63,955 bases of DNA, filler included, from Stramenopiles sp. TOSAG23-6 (GCA_900128565.1; 7 parts of 7 records of this genome joined end to end with filler, not necessarily neighbours in it), one strand, 5' to 3'. Shown: positions 13,118 through 25,063, counted from the first letter of the whole stretch. Notes: generated by a model from the sequence alone, not told the origin. Made by a program: numbers and translations.

Positions 13118-15964
13118 ATGAGGGCTGTGAGTGCAGCAAAATATGGCCGAGATTCTCCAATTACAGCTCCTGATTCTGAGCGAGACCATATACAAGTGTT
13201 TCTTCGTGTTCGACCTTTGACTACATCCGAACCACAGAAACCAGCTTTAGGTGTCATTGAATCAGCAAATTCAGTTAGAATAGAGTCACATTCAAAACGT
13301 GGTATATCACTTGATTTTGCGTATGATGGTGTTTTTTCCCCAAACTGCTCTCAAGCGCAGGTAAATAAACTTGTTGGTGTAAGCTGTGTCAAAAATCTTC
13401 TTCAGGGCTATAACGCAACAATATTTGCATATGGTCAAACTGGATCTGGTAAAACCTACACAATGTATGGATTAGATGAAGACGCGCGTCAATGGGGTAA
13501 AGCCATGAACAGCACTGTTGTTGGTAGTGGTAAGCTCAGGAAAACTGCAGGTCTTGTTCCTCGCATAACAGCAGCTCTATTTCAAGCGATTGAAGGTGAA
13601 ACAGTTGAAGATACAACTTCAACTAATAAGTTAGTGGAGAAGAGTTCAAACTATTTAATGGAAAATGCCGAGATTGTTATTAAGTGTACATTTCTTGAGA
13701 TTTATAATGAAAATGTTCGAGATCTTTTATATGTTGGTAGTGATTCTGCAAATCGAAAACTTCGTATACGAGAGACTAGTAGACAGGGTGTTTGGGTTGA
13801 AGGTGTCACAGAAGAGTTTGTTACATGTGAGCAAGATGTAGCCGACTTAGTCCGCATGGGATTTAGACTTCGTTCAGTGGGTACCACAAAACTAAATGAA
13901 CGATCATCTCGTTCTCATTGTGTCTTTACATTAGTTCTTCAGCAAACACTACCAAATGGTCAAGTGAAAAGCAGTCGATTAAACTTAGTAGATCTGGCTG
14001 GCTCAGAAAGAATTGGACGGTCTGGTGTTGAAGGTTTAGCTTTGCGTGAAGCCCAAAACATCAACACTTCCCTATCATCACTTGGAAATTGTATTAGTGC
14101 TCTTCTTGAAAAAGGTCAAGGTCGACGATCCCACATCCCATATAGAGACTCAAAACTCACTCATCTTCTAAAAGAATCATTGGGCGGAAATGCCCGTACA
14201 CATATTGTTCTTACTGTATCACCTGCCCGTCCGGATGTTGACGAAACTTTAGGAGTACTTCGTTTTGGTGCACGTGCAAGTTCTGTAACTACCCATGCAA
14301 TTGTCAATGTTCAGAAAAGTGTGGAAGAACTTACACTCGAATTGAAAACGCTCAAGGCACTTGTTGTAGTACTCGAAGCGGAAAACAATAAATTGAAGAA
14401 ATCAATCTCCCAAGGTAAAACTAAGAATAGTCGAATTGAGAATAAGGAAATTACAATAAAACCAATACAAACTATAGTAAAAGCTGTGAATGAAGTAAAT
14501 GAAGTGGAGTGTTGTATTAGTGAAGAAAGTGCAGCGACAAACATAAATATACAGAGTTTAAGCAAAGTTCAGCCTCCAGCGGCACCAATAGACGAATATC
14601 AGCGTGAATTATCTTCAACGCCGCCAGTCAGTCCACGACGAGAGATTTTTGTATTGGAACAAAAAGTGAAGGAGTTAAATAGTTACATTATTGAAATAGA
14701 AGAGGCTCGCCAAAGAGAAGCTAATGAAATTAGATCAAAGTTAATTACTGTCAAAGACGAACGTACATCACTCGAAGCAGAAGTTGAGCGTTTGAAAATG
14801 ACACTGAGGTTGAGCGAAGCAGTGGATGATTCTAGTGATGATATAGAGCAAGAAGTTAGTGTAACTGCGGGGAGTAATGAAGAACACGAATCAAGTTCTA
14901 AGGATGAAGCAACTCCAAATGTACGTCGTAAGTCCGTTACTTTGCAGCAGCGAAAACAGCGCAATGAAAGTCGAGCTGCGGCAATGCGGGAGTTGAGTGT
15001 AGCTTGGGCAGCAGTACATAAACAAAGAGAAGCTGTGCGTAAAGGGCGATCCGAATTGGAGCATGAACAATGCGCACTTGCTCAGACGTTGTCCTTAAGG
15101 CTTGCAGAAGAGCGAGCGCTACGTCGAAGGCAAGAACAGACGGAACGTGTAGAAGCAAATGTCAAAGCTGCACTATTAGAAAAACAAAAAATGTTAGATA
15201 AGCGAGAAAAGGAGCTTGATGAACGGGAGCGTCGCGTAGCAGAAGGTTTGGACAATGCCGAGCAAACATTACTTGATTTCGCAGAACAAAAGACTCACCA
15301 TGAAAAAGAGAGACTTAAATGGAAGGCAACTCTAGCTCAAAAAGATGCAGCGCATGCCGAAACGGTTATCAAAGCGGTTGCTGCTGCGGCAGCGGAATTA
15401 GAACAACACCAAAAGATTTCGAGTCAACAAGAATTACAGCATCAACGCGAAAAGCTTCTTGTAAGACAACAAAAACAAGAAGCTAGCGTGGTTTCTAAAG
15501 CTGAAAAGCAAATACGTTTAATTGGTCATAGTGATTTATCTGACAATTTTTCACGCCTCTGGGAAGAAGCTGCAGCAAAAGTTGCATCGCAAACAGTTAC
15601 TCGTAACCGTGTCTTAAAGCTAACGGGTAGTGGAATGAACAAAGATAATACGACTGCCAAAGGTGGGGCTGTTGTTCATGAAACAAAACTTCTATCTGCA
15701 GCACTTCGGTTGAGGCGTGAACAGCTTATAAAGAACATGAACAGCCCAATACGTGTTACTCGAAGACACGTATCTAATATTGGCGAAGGTGATAACTCAG
15801 CACCTCGGCCGATATCTGCTGGATCTGGTGCAAATGCTGCATTGAGTATCAATAATGGAGATTATGACTTAAAGTTAGATGATACCCAGGTAAAAGCCAA
15901 GCCGGTGGGACGAAATAGAATTGTTAAACCAATTAAGCGACAGATGAAATTTAGAAAAATTTAG
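13118..15964 (+). CDS. Kinesin (N-terminal motor plus coiled coil), intronless
   Basis: VFLRVRP, AYGQTGSGKT, NERSSRSH, LVDLAGSE, HIPYRDSKLT. Confidence 0.96.
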   Translation: MRAVSAAKYGRDSPITAPDSERDHIQVFLRVRPLTTSEPQKPALGVIESANSVRIESHSKRGISLDFAYDGVFSPNCSQAQVNKLVGVSCVKNLLQGYNATIFAYGQTGSGKTYTMYGLDEDARQWGKAMNSTVVGSGKLRKTAGLVPRITAALFQAIEGETVEDTTSTNKLVEKSSNYLMENAEIVIKCTFLEIYNENVRDLLYVGSDSANRKLRIRETSRQGVWVEGVTEEFVTCEQDVADLVRMGFRLRSVGTTKLNERSSRSHCVFTLVLQQTLPNGQVKSSRLNLVDLAGSERIGRSGVEGLALREAQNINTSLSSLGNCISALLEKGQGRRSHIPYRDSKLTHLLKESLGGNARTHIVLTVSPARPDVDETLGVLRFGARASSVTTHAIVNVQKSVEELTLELKTLKALVVVLEAENNKLKKSISQGKTKNSRIENKEITIKPIQTIVKAVNEVNEVECCISEESAATNINIQSLSKVQPPAAPIDEYQRELSSTPPVSPRREIFVLEQKVKELNSYIIEIEEARQREANEIRSKLITVKDERTSLEAEVERLKMTLRLSEAVDDSSDDIEQEVSVTAGSNEEHESSSKDEATPNVRRKSVTLQQRKQRNESRAAAMRELSVAWAAVHKQREAVRKGRSELEHEQCALAQTLSLRLAEERALRRRQEQTERVEANVKAALLEKQKMLDKREKELDERERRVAEGLDNAEQTLLDFAEQKTHHEKERLKWKATLAQKDAAHAETVIKAVAAAAAELEQHQKISSQQELQHQREKLLVRQQKQEASVVSKAEKQIRLIGHSDLSDNFSRLWEEAAAKVASQTVTRNRVLKLTGSGMNKDNTTAKGGAVVHETKLLSAALRLRREQLIKNMNSPIRVTRRHVSNIGEGDNSAPRPISAGSGANAALSINNGDYDLKLDDTQVKAKPVGRNRIVKPIKRQMKFRKI

Positions 15965-16031
15965 ACTCCTTATAAATAGGGGGCAAATAATCAATAAATA
16001 TATGTTTTTATAGTATAAGTAAAGTAGAGTT

Positions 16032-19000
16032 TCATTTTCCATCTTCCCATTTACCTTCGTTCTCATTTCCGTCATATTGGGACATAGCTCCAGTAAAACC
16101 ATGATCGCCTTCGTCTTCATTTTCACGATATCTACGCCCTTCACTTCCCATTGACATCATCGATGATCCAGCTATTGATTCTTCTAGTTCCTCACTCATA
16201 CTTCCATCATCACTACTTCTATTTTCACCACGACCACTATTAGCTTTGGGGAAGTCCCTGTCGCAAGCACTAAAGATGTTGCGAAGAATCTCTTGATCAA
16301 AAAATGGGTTTGTTGCTAGAGTATGCCTTCTTCCACTTGATGTAGATTGATATCTGTCAATGAGCTCCATCGCGCGATCCATATTGCCCTCATCATGATT
16401 GCATTGTATGAGCAAGGCGTAGATATCGCCTGACTGTACGGCTTCATCAGTTCTAGAAGTGTCCAGTAACTCTTCGCATATACTAACCATTTGTGTTGGG
16501 TCAGACTTCACTAAACTACGAGCATGTATGAAGCGTTCGACAATAGAACAACGCCTTTGTATAGAAGCAACCTTATCTTCATTTGCAGCAGCTTGTTCCC
16601 TTGATTTCATCAATTTACCCAAATATTTTAAGGAAGATTTTAGTGCAGTTAGAGCCTTCTCATAATCCCGATATTCATCAACCTCAACTGCTGCACAACT
16701 TTCGTAAAAAGCAGCAAGTTGTGCAAAAGACCTGGCTTTTGTATAAAACTGGATAATTGCTTTCATTACAGCCTTCTCGTTTCGCCAGTCCAAATTTTGC
16801 AAATAATTTGCGACTAATACATAAACATCTCGACTACGCGAAACAGTCGCAAAAAAAATTATTTTATCCGTGTCCCCAGATTTGAGTAAGGCAGCCAGCG
16901 CTTTCATCTTGTCTCCGGCAAGAGTATATAGTTTACATGCAAGGTGGTATGAGCATTGCTTCTTGCAACAGCGAGCAATTGCGGTCAACAATTTTGATCG
17001 CTCAATATTAAATGCAGATGCACCTGGTTCATTACTGCTTTTTTTTGCTGGTGTCATACGCTCTGCCATTTCATCAGTAATTTTTATTCGATGTTCGACA
17101 CAAAGCTCAAGAGCAGTGTCTGGTTTTCCTGCTGTTATTGAGATATGAACGGCCTTTTCAAACTCTCCGTGATCCATGAAAAATTCCGCACACCTTGCAA
17201 GCATTTGAGGATCAGCTTTGGTATTTGGATCGCCATCGCCATCAGGATCATCAGAAGCAAGCTGCTCTGTTATTGAACGAAGTTGTTCAAACAATTTTTC
17301 CTTAAAACAAAGGCTTAGTGCTCGATCAAGATTATCGCTTTTTGAATATAAAAGTACTGCCTCCTCAAATCGCTTTTGTGATTCAAAATGCTTTGCTGCT
17401 TCGGTCATTGTGGACTTTGGCGACACTTTGGCTAGTGCAAGTAATTCTTCATTAAGATTGCCACGTTTAGCAATGCGAACAGCGTGATTATAGCGTCCTG
17501 CACGGACAAAAAAATTAATTGCTTCCTTGATATTGCCATGTCCTTCATGTTGTCTAGCCAAGTGGTATGCTGCAGCTTTCATTATCTTTTTAGGTGCATT
17601 GAATACGGTTTCAGCAGCTTCATCAAATTCTTGTCGAAAACAGTGAATGCGAACTTGAGATAGATGGTCTTCGGCTTTTATATAATAACGCATAGCGCCA
17701 TCTAAGTCAGCAACAGACTCACAGTACTGAGCCCACCAACGTAAAAGCTTTGGGTCACGGGAGCGTTTTATGTAACTTTGTAAGTCATCAAGGCGTTCTG
17801 CGTCAAACAACATACGGGGAACTTCATATCGATGGGAATTTGCAGCTTCGTAATGTTCCATTGCTCCAGTAGAATCTCCTATTTTTTCCAAGTGTTTAGC
17901 ATACATGTAATGAGTCGATTTCAAATGAATGCGGTCTTGCTTCTCTGAAATTGTTAGAGCTTCTTTCCATTGTCCTGATGCTTGGTACAATTCGTTGAGT
18001 AAGTCAAAACGCTTCCCCTCTGTATAAAGTCGTTCGGCATCTTCTAATAGTCCTAGTTGCACGGCAACCATTGCAACACGGGCTTCGTGTTCAGGTTCAT
18101 TTGCTTTCGCTTCTCTCACTGCCTTTGCACCCCGAGCATGACCCATATTCCCGAGACAAACTTCTGCAACATCTAAACGCTTCGTTTTCACACACATGTG
18201 TGCCATGTTTTCCCATACACTTGGAGACTGTATTAACTTTACACTGCGGTAAGCTGCATCCATGTTGCCAATTGTGAGATAATACGAAAATTCTAACAAT
18301 GCTTTCTTCGTCGTTTCATCTACACGATCTAGACCAACAAAATCTCTCATTAAACGTGACCGTAATCGTCTTTTCGTATTAGATGCTGTAGCTGTTGGTG
18401 ACGAGGGTGTGTGAGGTGATCGAATTGTATTATCACTCCCAACAATAAAGTATAAATAAGGTACATTGACACCCATAAGAGAAAGCTTTGCTCGATCAAC
18501 TGTAAAAAAATCTTGTTGTAAGATTCCATGTTCGGTAGTTGCAAATAGAGTAGATATTATTGATTGGTCAATGCCAATACCTGAAGCTTTGTTTATCATA
18601 ATCTGTAACTTTGCCGCTTTCTTCATTTTCTGCAAAAGTCCCTTCTTATTCCCTATTTTCCCCAGTAATCCCTTTTTGTTACCTTTTGCGGTTTCGCCAT
18701 CGTTATTCCTATCTTCTTTGGTATCTTCTTGAGCTTCTGGGACTGTAACTGAAGCATATGACGTATCAGATTTAACAGTAGAGCCTGGTTTAGATAGACA
18801 TGCTTCTGTTACCAGTAATCGTCCTTCGTCAGTATCCCATAAATGTGAGGTTGGATAACGCTCTGGCCCAAAGTCATAGGTATTTATTGAACTAAGTTCA
18901 GTATTGAATACATATATTCTCGAGTCGCCTTCGGTATGAAACGAATTTAATTTTCGGTCTATTAAGATAGAAACAAGTGTTCCATCGGCATTGCATCGTA

Positions 19001-20795
19001 TCGATCGTAATTTCGGTGTTCCATGGGGTGCTTTGTTGCGACCTCCTTCATTAGCTTTACATGTTTTCTTTCCCACCATATCTATGTAATTTAGCAATTG
19101 TGCCCCAGTTCCAATTTGCTTGACCTCTCTTCTAGATACACTGAAAATCTTTAGTAAACCCTTATTTGTCGCAACTGCCATGTGTGTGCCCCTGACATTG
19201 ACATCTAACATCACAGGGTCGCCTTCTACATCTGTAAATGAGAGTGTTTGTTTTACAACACCACTACTATTTGTTACGTCAAGTCGTGACCCTATAGCCA
19301 TAAAGATATGATCTCTTGACATACCGACTTTACATGCGCGCGAATCAAATGAATTTAGAAATACAATTTGAGGCATAGACCCAACACCAGATTGTGATAC
19401 TCCAGCCTTTTTAGAACTGCTATGTCCTTGAAGTTCGTACACTTCCACCTGTGATCCATTCCAAACTGCTAGTCGCGGACCAGATTGTGTTAGACCTCGA
19501 ATACGAACACCACAACGCAATGGCAATAATATAGTTCGTTTATCTCGTTCTCGCCGAGACATATTTGGCGGTAAGCTACCAGGCGCAACCTCTATTATAA
19601 GTTCATCGGGACTCTGTTGAACACACGCTAGCTGAGAATTCATGCTCGCCTGTAGTGCTGTTTCATTCAAAATACAAACTTGGTTACCGTCAACTAAAGA
19701 GGAATCAATACCATGATCTTTCTCCTCTTTCCCTTCATTACTTTCTTTGTCCTCCTTACACCCTCCTTCATTAACTGAAGATAATGCCATACTTGCTGCC
19801 TTAGACTCAATTTGTACAGACAATAAATGTGCTTGAAATCCCCATTTCATATCCATAATTCTACCAAGCATCTTTTTTTGAAATACCAACTGCCAATTAT
19901 TTGCAGATGTTTGTTTTACCGAGCTTTCATTTTGTAAATATTTAGACTTATTCTTTATGTTATTACCACGCCCACAGAAGTTCCACATTAAGAGACATCC
20001 AGATGTCGTGCCGACGACAAGGGATCCACGATTACGACAAAAAGCCATAGCAGAGACTTCGTCTAATCTGGGAATTGAAAATTTTCCTTCAATATCAGTA
20101 ATATTTATAATATAGTTGTTTTCATTGCCAAGATCCCAGAAACGTAATAATTGTTCGCCTGATGATGTTAATAGGAGACCAGGACCTACCCAGAATGCTC
20201 GGAAAAAGTTGGTGCTCCCGACTGATGCAGATAACTTAACTTTGATTGGACTGACTTTACCACTTGGTGAAATCTCTAGTTGTAAGAGTAGCATTGATTC
20301 TGTAATTATTACAACGCGATCCTTCCCTTTATAGTACAACATCGAAAACACAGGCGAACGAAGCGATTGTACATCCATACAATGTCCAATGTCATCCGCG
20401 TATGATACCACGCCTTGGTCGCCACCAAAGAAAAATGATGTGCAACGAGAATGATCTTTTGCTCCATGGAATGCCGCGAACACACAGTGAGTGATTGCAC
20501 CATTTTTCCGATAGTGGCATATAGGCATAAGTCTTCCACGAATATCTGTTTGCCAAACACCTATTGCACCTCGGCGATCACCTGTAACTAATCTTGTACC
20601 GTCATCCTTCCACTTGAGCAATGTAATTGGGGATTTATGTACAGCGTCGTCTTCACGTTGCAGTCGATCTCTAAGGTTCCACAAGGAAATTACACCATCT
20701 GCCCAGCCTATTGCAAGAATAAAGCTCTCAGGCTGCCACTCCATTTTTGTTACATTACTTGATCGTTCGACAAAATTATTGATTAATTGTTTTTG
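16032..20795 (-). CDS. IFT140: Intraflagellar transport protein 140 (IFT-A), 5' truncated at gap
   Basis: WD40 N-terminus, then FSYYLTIGNMDAAYRSVKLIQSPSVWENMAHMCVKTKRLDVAEVCLGNMGHARGA and a TPR region typical of IFT140. Confidence 0.95.
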   Translation of the reverse strand, partial: QKQLINNFVERSSNVTKMEWQPESFILAIGWADGVISLWNLRDRLQREDDAVHKSPITLLKWKDDGTRLVTGDRRGAIGVWQTDIRGRLMPICHYRKNGAITHCVFAAFHGAKDHSRCTSFFFGGDQGVVSYADDIGHCMDVQSLRSPVFSMLYYKGKDRVVIITESMLLLQLEISPSGKVSPIKVKLSASVGSTNFFRAFWVGPGLLLTSSGEQLLRFWDLGNENNYIINITDIEGKFSIPRLDEVSAMAFCRNRGSLVVGTTSGCLLMWNFCGRGNNIKNKSKYLQNESSVKQTSANNWQLVFQKKMLGRIMDMKWGFQAHLLSVQIESKAASMALSSVNEGGCKEDKESNEGKEEKDHGIDSSLVDGNQVCILNETALQASMNSQLACVQQSPDELIIEVAPGSLPPNMSRRERDKRTILLPLRCGVRIRGLTQSGPRLAVWNGSQVEVYELQGHSSSKKAGVSQSGVGSMPQIVFLNSFDSRACKVGMSRDHIFMAIGSRLDVTNSSGVVKQTLSFTDVEGDPVMLDVNVRGTHMAVATNKGLLKIFSVSRREVKQIGTGAQLLNYIDMVGKKTCKANEGGRNKAPHGTPKLRSIRCNADGTLVSILIDRKLNSFHTEGDSRIYVFNTELSSINTYDFGPERYPTSHLWDTDEGRLLVTEACLSKPGSTVKSDTSYASVTVPEAQEDTKEDRNNDGETAKGNKKGLLGKIGNKKGLLQKMKKAAKLQIMINKASGIGIDQSIISTLFATTEHGILQQDFFTVDRAKLSLMGVNVPYLYFIVGSDNTIRSPHTPSSPTATASNTKRRLRSRLMRDFVGLDRVDETTKKALLEFSYYLTIGNMDAAYRSVKLIQSPSVWENMAHMCVKTKRLDVAEVCLGNMGHARGAKAVREAKANEPEHEARVAMVAVQLGLLEDAERLYTEGKRFDLLNELYQASGQWKEALTISEKQDRIHLKSTHYMYAKHLEKIGDSTGAMEHYEAANSHRYEVPRMLFDAERLDDLQSYIKRSRDPKLLRWWAQYCESVADLDGAMRYYIKAEDHLSQVRIHCFRQEFDEAAETVFNAPKKIMKAAAYHLARQHEGHGNIKEAINFFVRAGRYNHAVRIAKRGNLNEELLALAKVSPKSTMTEAAKHFESQKRFEEAVLLYSKSDNLDRALSLCFKEKLFEQLRSITEQLASDDPDGDGDPNTKADPQMLARCAEFFMDHGEFEKAVHISITAGKPDTALELCVEHRIKITDEMAERMTPAKKSSNEPGASAFNIERSKLLTAIARCCKKQCSYHLACKLYTLAGDKMKALAALLKSGDTDKIIFFATVSRSRDVYVLVANYLQNLDWRNEKAVMKAIIQFYTKARSFAQLAAFYESCAAVEVDEYRDYEKALTALKSSLKYLGKLMKSREQAAANEDKVASIQRRCSIVERFIHARSLVKSDPTQMVSICEELLDTSRTDEAVQSGDIYALLIQCNHDEGNMDRAMELIDRYQSTSSGRRHTLATNPFFDQEILRNIFSACDRDFPKANSGRGENRSSDDGSMSEELEESIAGSSMMSMGSEGRRYRENEDEGDHGFTGAMSQYDGNENEGKWEDGK

Positions 20796-20895
20796 NNNNN
20801 NNNNNNNNNNNNNNNNNNNNNNNNNNNNNNNNNNNNNNNTTAATTAATTAANNNNNNNNNNNNNNNNNNNNNNNNNNNNNNNNNNNNNNNNNNNN

Positions 20896-22445
20896 TGAAA
20901 AAAAAAATAAAAAATACATATGTGCATCCGCATTTAAGGATATTAAATTTTGAACATTATTTGATGCTATAGTGTTGGCAATTACTTCTTGCTCTTGTGC
21001 ATGACGAAATATTGTGAAAAAATAGTTCAAACATTATTTTTTTTTGTTTGTTTAGGTACAAAATTTTCTATTAAAAAAAAATATAAATTTAAAATTTAAA
21101 ATTCAAAATGAAAATATACATTATTTTTGCTGACTTTTCAGCCTCTGCAACGGTTCCTCCAATAGGCATTTTAAAATATTTTTCATCATTTTTATCATCA
21201 TTTTCCTCATTAATGTATTTTGGAAAAATATTTCAAAAAAAAATCATAAAAATTTGTTAGGTACAAAATTTCGTACGAAAAAATAAATTCGATTTTTTTG
21301 TAAAAAAAAAAAATAAAACATACATTCTTTTGGTAGCGGCATTTCCTTGCCCTTCATTAAACGATACATAATGTGATTTACACGCTCCTGAAGGTATGGT
21401 GCAATTACAGCTACCTTATTACAATGTGACATTAAATACGGCCAGATATCCGAACTACAAGGGAAAACCCCAGCACAAACATCAAACAGTTGCATACCTC
21501 TCGCCAATGACGTTGGATTTGGATTACGAGTGGTTTGCTTTACAATTAAAGTGTATATTTCATCCCATAAAACAGGAACACTTGCCCCTTTAATAATTTC
21601 ATCATCACCTTCAACGCAAGCCATGGCATTACGTAGCATTTTTTGTACGTGAGGAAGAGGACCTTTAGAACTCGGACGATCGCCCATGAAACCGGAAATG
21701 TATTTTGGGAAAATATTCTTTTAGTAAATATTTGTTAGGTACAAAATTTCCTATGAAAAAAAAATCGAAATTCAATTTTAAAAACGTACATATTACGCAT
21801 CATTTGCATCGCTTCATTTTTACACTTACTCTCATTCGTTCGTATCAGAAGAGGATGTCGCAAATCTCCTTTATCACTCCAAATAACTAGGTCTTCTATG
21901 TTTTCTTTCTTACTGAAGAGACCTCCCTTAGAAACAACAAAATTGTCTTGAGCAAAGTCAATAAATGACAAATCATAACCCTCTGCTTTCTTAATTTTCT
22001 GTAGAGGATTATACATACTCCGAAACTGATCCACATTAGAAGTAATTTTACTGCCATCACGTGCTTTCTTTAACAATTTACTCACCTGCTTAGCATCAGG
22101 AGCCACCATGTTCTTTTTCATGACATATTGACCAAGGCCAGCGATGGCCGCAGCATTTGGACCAGCATCTGAAGCTTTATTCGGTGATGTCGATTTTCTA
22201 CTTTCCGATACCTTTAATCCATTACTTCTTCCTGTTGATTCGCGATCTACAGTGCTAGTACGGCTACTACTACTCGTCCTGGTGCTATTTTCTCTACCTG
22301 TAGTGCCATCTTTTGCTGGCTTTGGGATCTCATCAGGCCAAGACCACTGTGTCTTTTTAGTTGAACGATTATAGTAATATGGTCGACCATCTTTAGCCTG
22401 GATATATTGATACCAATTACCTCCCAATGCCTTCTTTCCCGACAT
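20896..22445 (-). CDS. WW + MyTH4-domain protein (ARHGAP39-like architecture); 3' exons uncertain
   Basis: WW: WYQYIQAKDGRPYYYNRSTKKTQWSWP. MyTH4: NISGFMGDR restored across a GT..AT intron (~21698-21789), then LWDEIYTLIVKQTTRNP. Confidence 0.75.
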
Positions 22446-22977
22446 TATCAACGAAACCTATATTATGATAGGGATGATTTAAGGTAAGTTGTTGTCGCGC
22501 GCAAAGAAAGGTGTCGCCCGAGATTTGCTACCCATTTGATTTTTTGATGATAGCATTTTTGGAAACAGCTGACCGCGCTGACATGGATTTCACTAGCTAG
22601 GGTTAGGGTTCATGAATATGTTGTGAATAAATTGTAATGGTTTCTGGTTTCTCTCGAGTCAAGCATTCAAGAGGTGTACAATAATTCTGTCTTGTGCCAC
22701 ATAAACACACTTACTGTTCAAGAATTACTTTAGAGAAAAACTATCAATACGATTCTCAAGCGACTCATGGACCATGGTGCACATAATACGAATTGTTGTT
22801 TACATCAAATATAAAATATAAAAAAAGAAGCGATTAGATATAAATATTGAAAGGTTTTAATGCCTTTTACAATACAATTAAAGTCTGACTTCTACAAAAT
22901 CTGTATGATGTGTTGCAACATCTCTTTCTTTCACGAATCGAAGCAATAATATATATATCATGTCAACGAGAATATAT

Positions 22978-23553
22978 TCAAGCTAACTTTCCAAGCTTTC
23001 CTGTGGGTTGGTTCTTCCAACCATTTGCACGATGATGGGCAGCGATTACCATAGGCAAACATATTGCAAACCCTAAGAAAGCAGCATAGGATCTCATATG
23101 CACATTCTTGTAAACCCCCTTAGTAACGTTTGTAAAAAAAGAATAAAATTGGAATAGTTGCACCAATACTAGGATCACTCTTGCTGGTATTGGTGGCCCG
23201 TGAACGCCTGGAAGTCCCATAGGTGATCTGCCAAAAATCACCATATAGAATAATTGTGCCATGATTCCGGTGCTTCCAGCAAAAATGGCGAGAGCGGGAG
23301 GATAATCCAAATAAAGTCCTAGGGATACAATACCAAATCCAAATGAGACCATTCCAACGACAAAGCAAACGTGAGAAACGAGAGCGCCCCACATGGTAAA
23401 GCAATCAGATGGTGTTTTCTGTACAATGCCTGTCCAAGGATTCGATAGACAAATATTGTGCCACATGACACGGCACTTTACCATAAACATGAAACCAACA
23501 AATGTCAGGACTCCAGCACTAGCTAGTGCATAGCTTTCTAATTCATTTGACAT
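22978..23553 (-). CDS. Multi-pass membrane protein, unknown function
   Basis: Intact ORF with about five hydrophobic segments. Confidence 0.6.
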   Translation of the reverse strand: MSNELESYALASAGVLTFVGFMFMVKCRVMWHNICLSNPWTGIVQKTPSDCFTMWGALVSHVCFVVGMVSFGFGIVSLGLYLDYPPALAIFAGSTGIMAQLFYMVIFGRSPMGLPGVHGPPIPARVILVLVQLFQFYSFFTNVTKGVYKNVHMRSYAAFLGFAICLPMVIAAHHRANGWKNQPTGKLGKLA

Positions 23554-23786
23554 ATTTTGCAACTTATTCTAATGTATCGGTAGTGATGTTGGAGGGAAGC
23601 TTGCTCAAAAGTGTCTCTCTTTTTCGAATCGCGACTAATGTCAGTCAGCTCAGCCGTCAGCTGTCATTTTTTGACTCGGAATTCTGTGATCCGTTTCGAT
23701 TTTGCCATAATTTAATTTGGAGTATGCTTTAGAACACAATTTCTCGGAATTCTTATTGCTGTATCGAAAGGAGTATTCTATTTATA

Positions 23787-24287
23787 ATGGTAATCACTAG
23801 CAATCGATGTCCACGCCTTCCTCGGATGTTCTGGGGCGAAGTCATTTACGCTACACCTGGTTCTGGTAAAACATTTGTTGCAAATAAATATCGAGACGTG
23901 GTCGATGCGGACGACTTAATGGTTGAGGCAATAGAGGAGTTGACTCCAAACTTTAACATTGAAAGTTATGATGATCCACGCCAAGTTATTTTTCGATATT
24001 TTGCATACATTAAATTCAAAAGATTTTGGATGAACAAATGTTATGCGATAGCAAAGAAGAAGATGAAGTATCATACTAATCAAAGAGATGTTGTTCTTTG
24101 CGGGAGCATGGACCTTATGTATTATGCTGACAGAATTTTCATTGAAAACGATACCGATATTGTACGAAGTGGATTCGAGAGTAAGCAAGATCGGGAACGT
24201 GAATATGCCGATGGAATTAATGTGCCAACTCATTTCATAGACGGTTACTTGGAACCAGCATTACATAAGCTTGCGAGAGGGCACTAA
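23787..24287 (+). CDS. Small P-loop NTPase/kinase-like protein
   Basis: VIYATPGSGKT Walker A followed by DVVDADD. Confidence 0.6.
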   Translation: MVITSNRCPRLPRMFWGEVIYATPGSGKTFVANKYRDVVDADDLMVEAIEELTPNFNIESYDDPRQVIFRYFAYIKFKRFWMNKCYAIAKKKMKYHTNQRDVVLCGSMDLMYYADRIFIENDTDIVRSGFESKQDREREYADGINVPTHFIDGYLEPALHKLARGH

Positions 24288-25063
24288 TAGGACTAGATGA
24301 AAATATTACCAACAAAATATTGAAAACAATACCAACAAAACGTTGAAAATGGTACTCAAGTCAAGCTTCGGCAACAAATTTATTGAACTAACCAATGTGA
24401 TAATGTATAATAATACCAGTAAGTAGAAGGCTTTGTATATTCTCGAATATATTATAACGAATATTTTGATCTACGAAAAAGTATATACTTTTTATATTTT
24501 TGTACTATTTGATTTATAAATTATAAACATAACAAAATTAATTGATCCATCATAAATATTCAAATACTGATCCAAAGCAATTAAAAAACGAAAAAAGGTG
24601 AATGTTTTTCATATTAGTATATAGTATATACAAAAAGATTTACTGGAATCGAACCAGACTCAAGAATTCAATAATATCTTACTATTATAAATAACTAAGA
24701 GAACCTATAAATCTGGGGAGGAGAAGGGTATAAAACAAACACATGAAAACAACAAAAACACAAAAAGAGAATATATAATAAATAAACAAAGGATGAAGAA
24801 TTCTGTTGATGGAAAAAGCCGCTAACCATCAACAAGCTCTTTTTTTTTAGAAGGGAGCCGCTGACCTTCTTTTCTTATCCGCACAAAGCTTTTTTTTTTT
24901 TCATTTTTTTTTTATTTGTTGCCGTGAGAGATTTAGAAAAGTCAAAACTGACAATTCACTTCCATAAGCATTTGCTGATATTAATTAGCTCAAGCTGATG
25001 TTAAAACATTTGGTGGTACCAAAAACATTAAATTGATGGTACTACTGAATTAATTATTGATAT

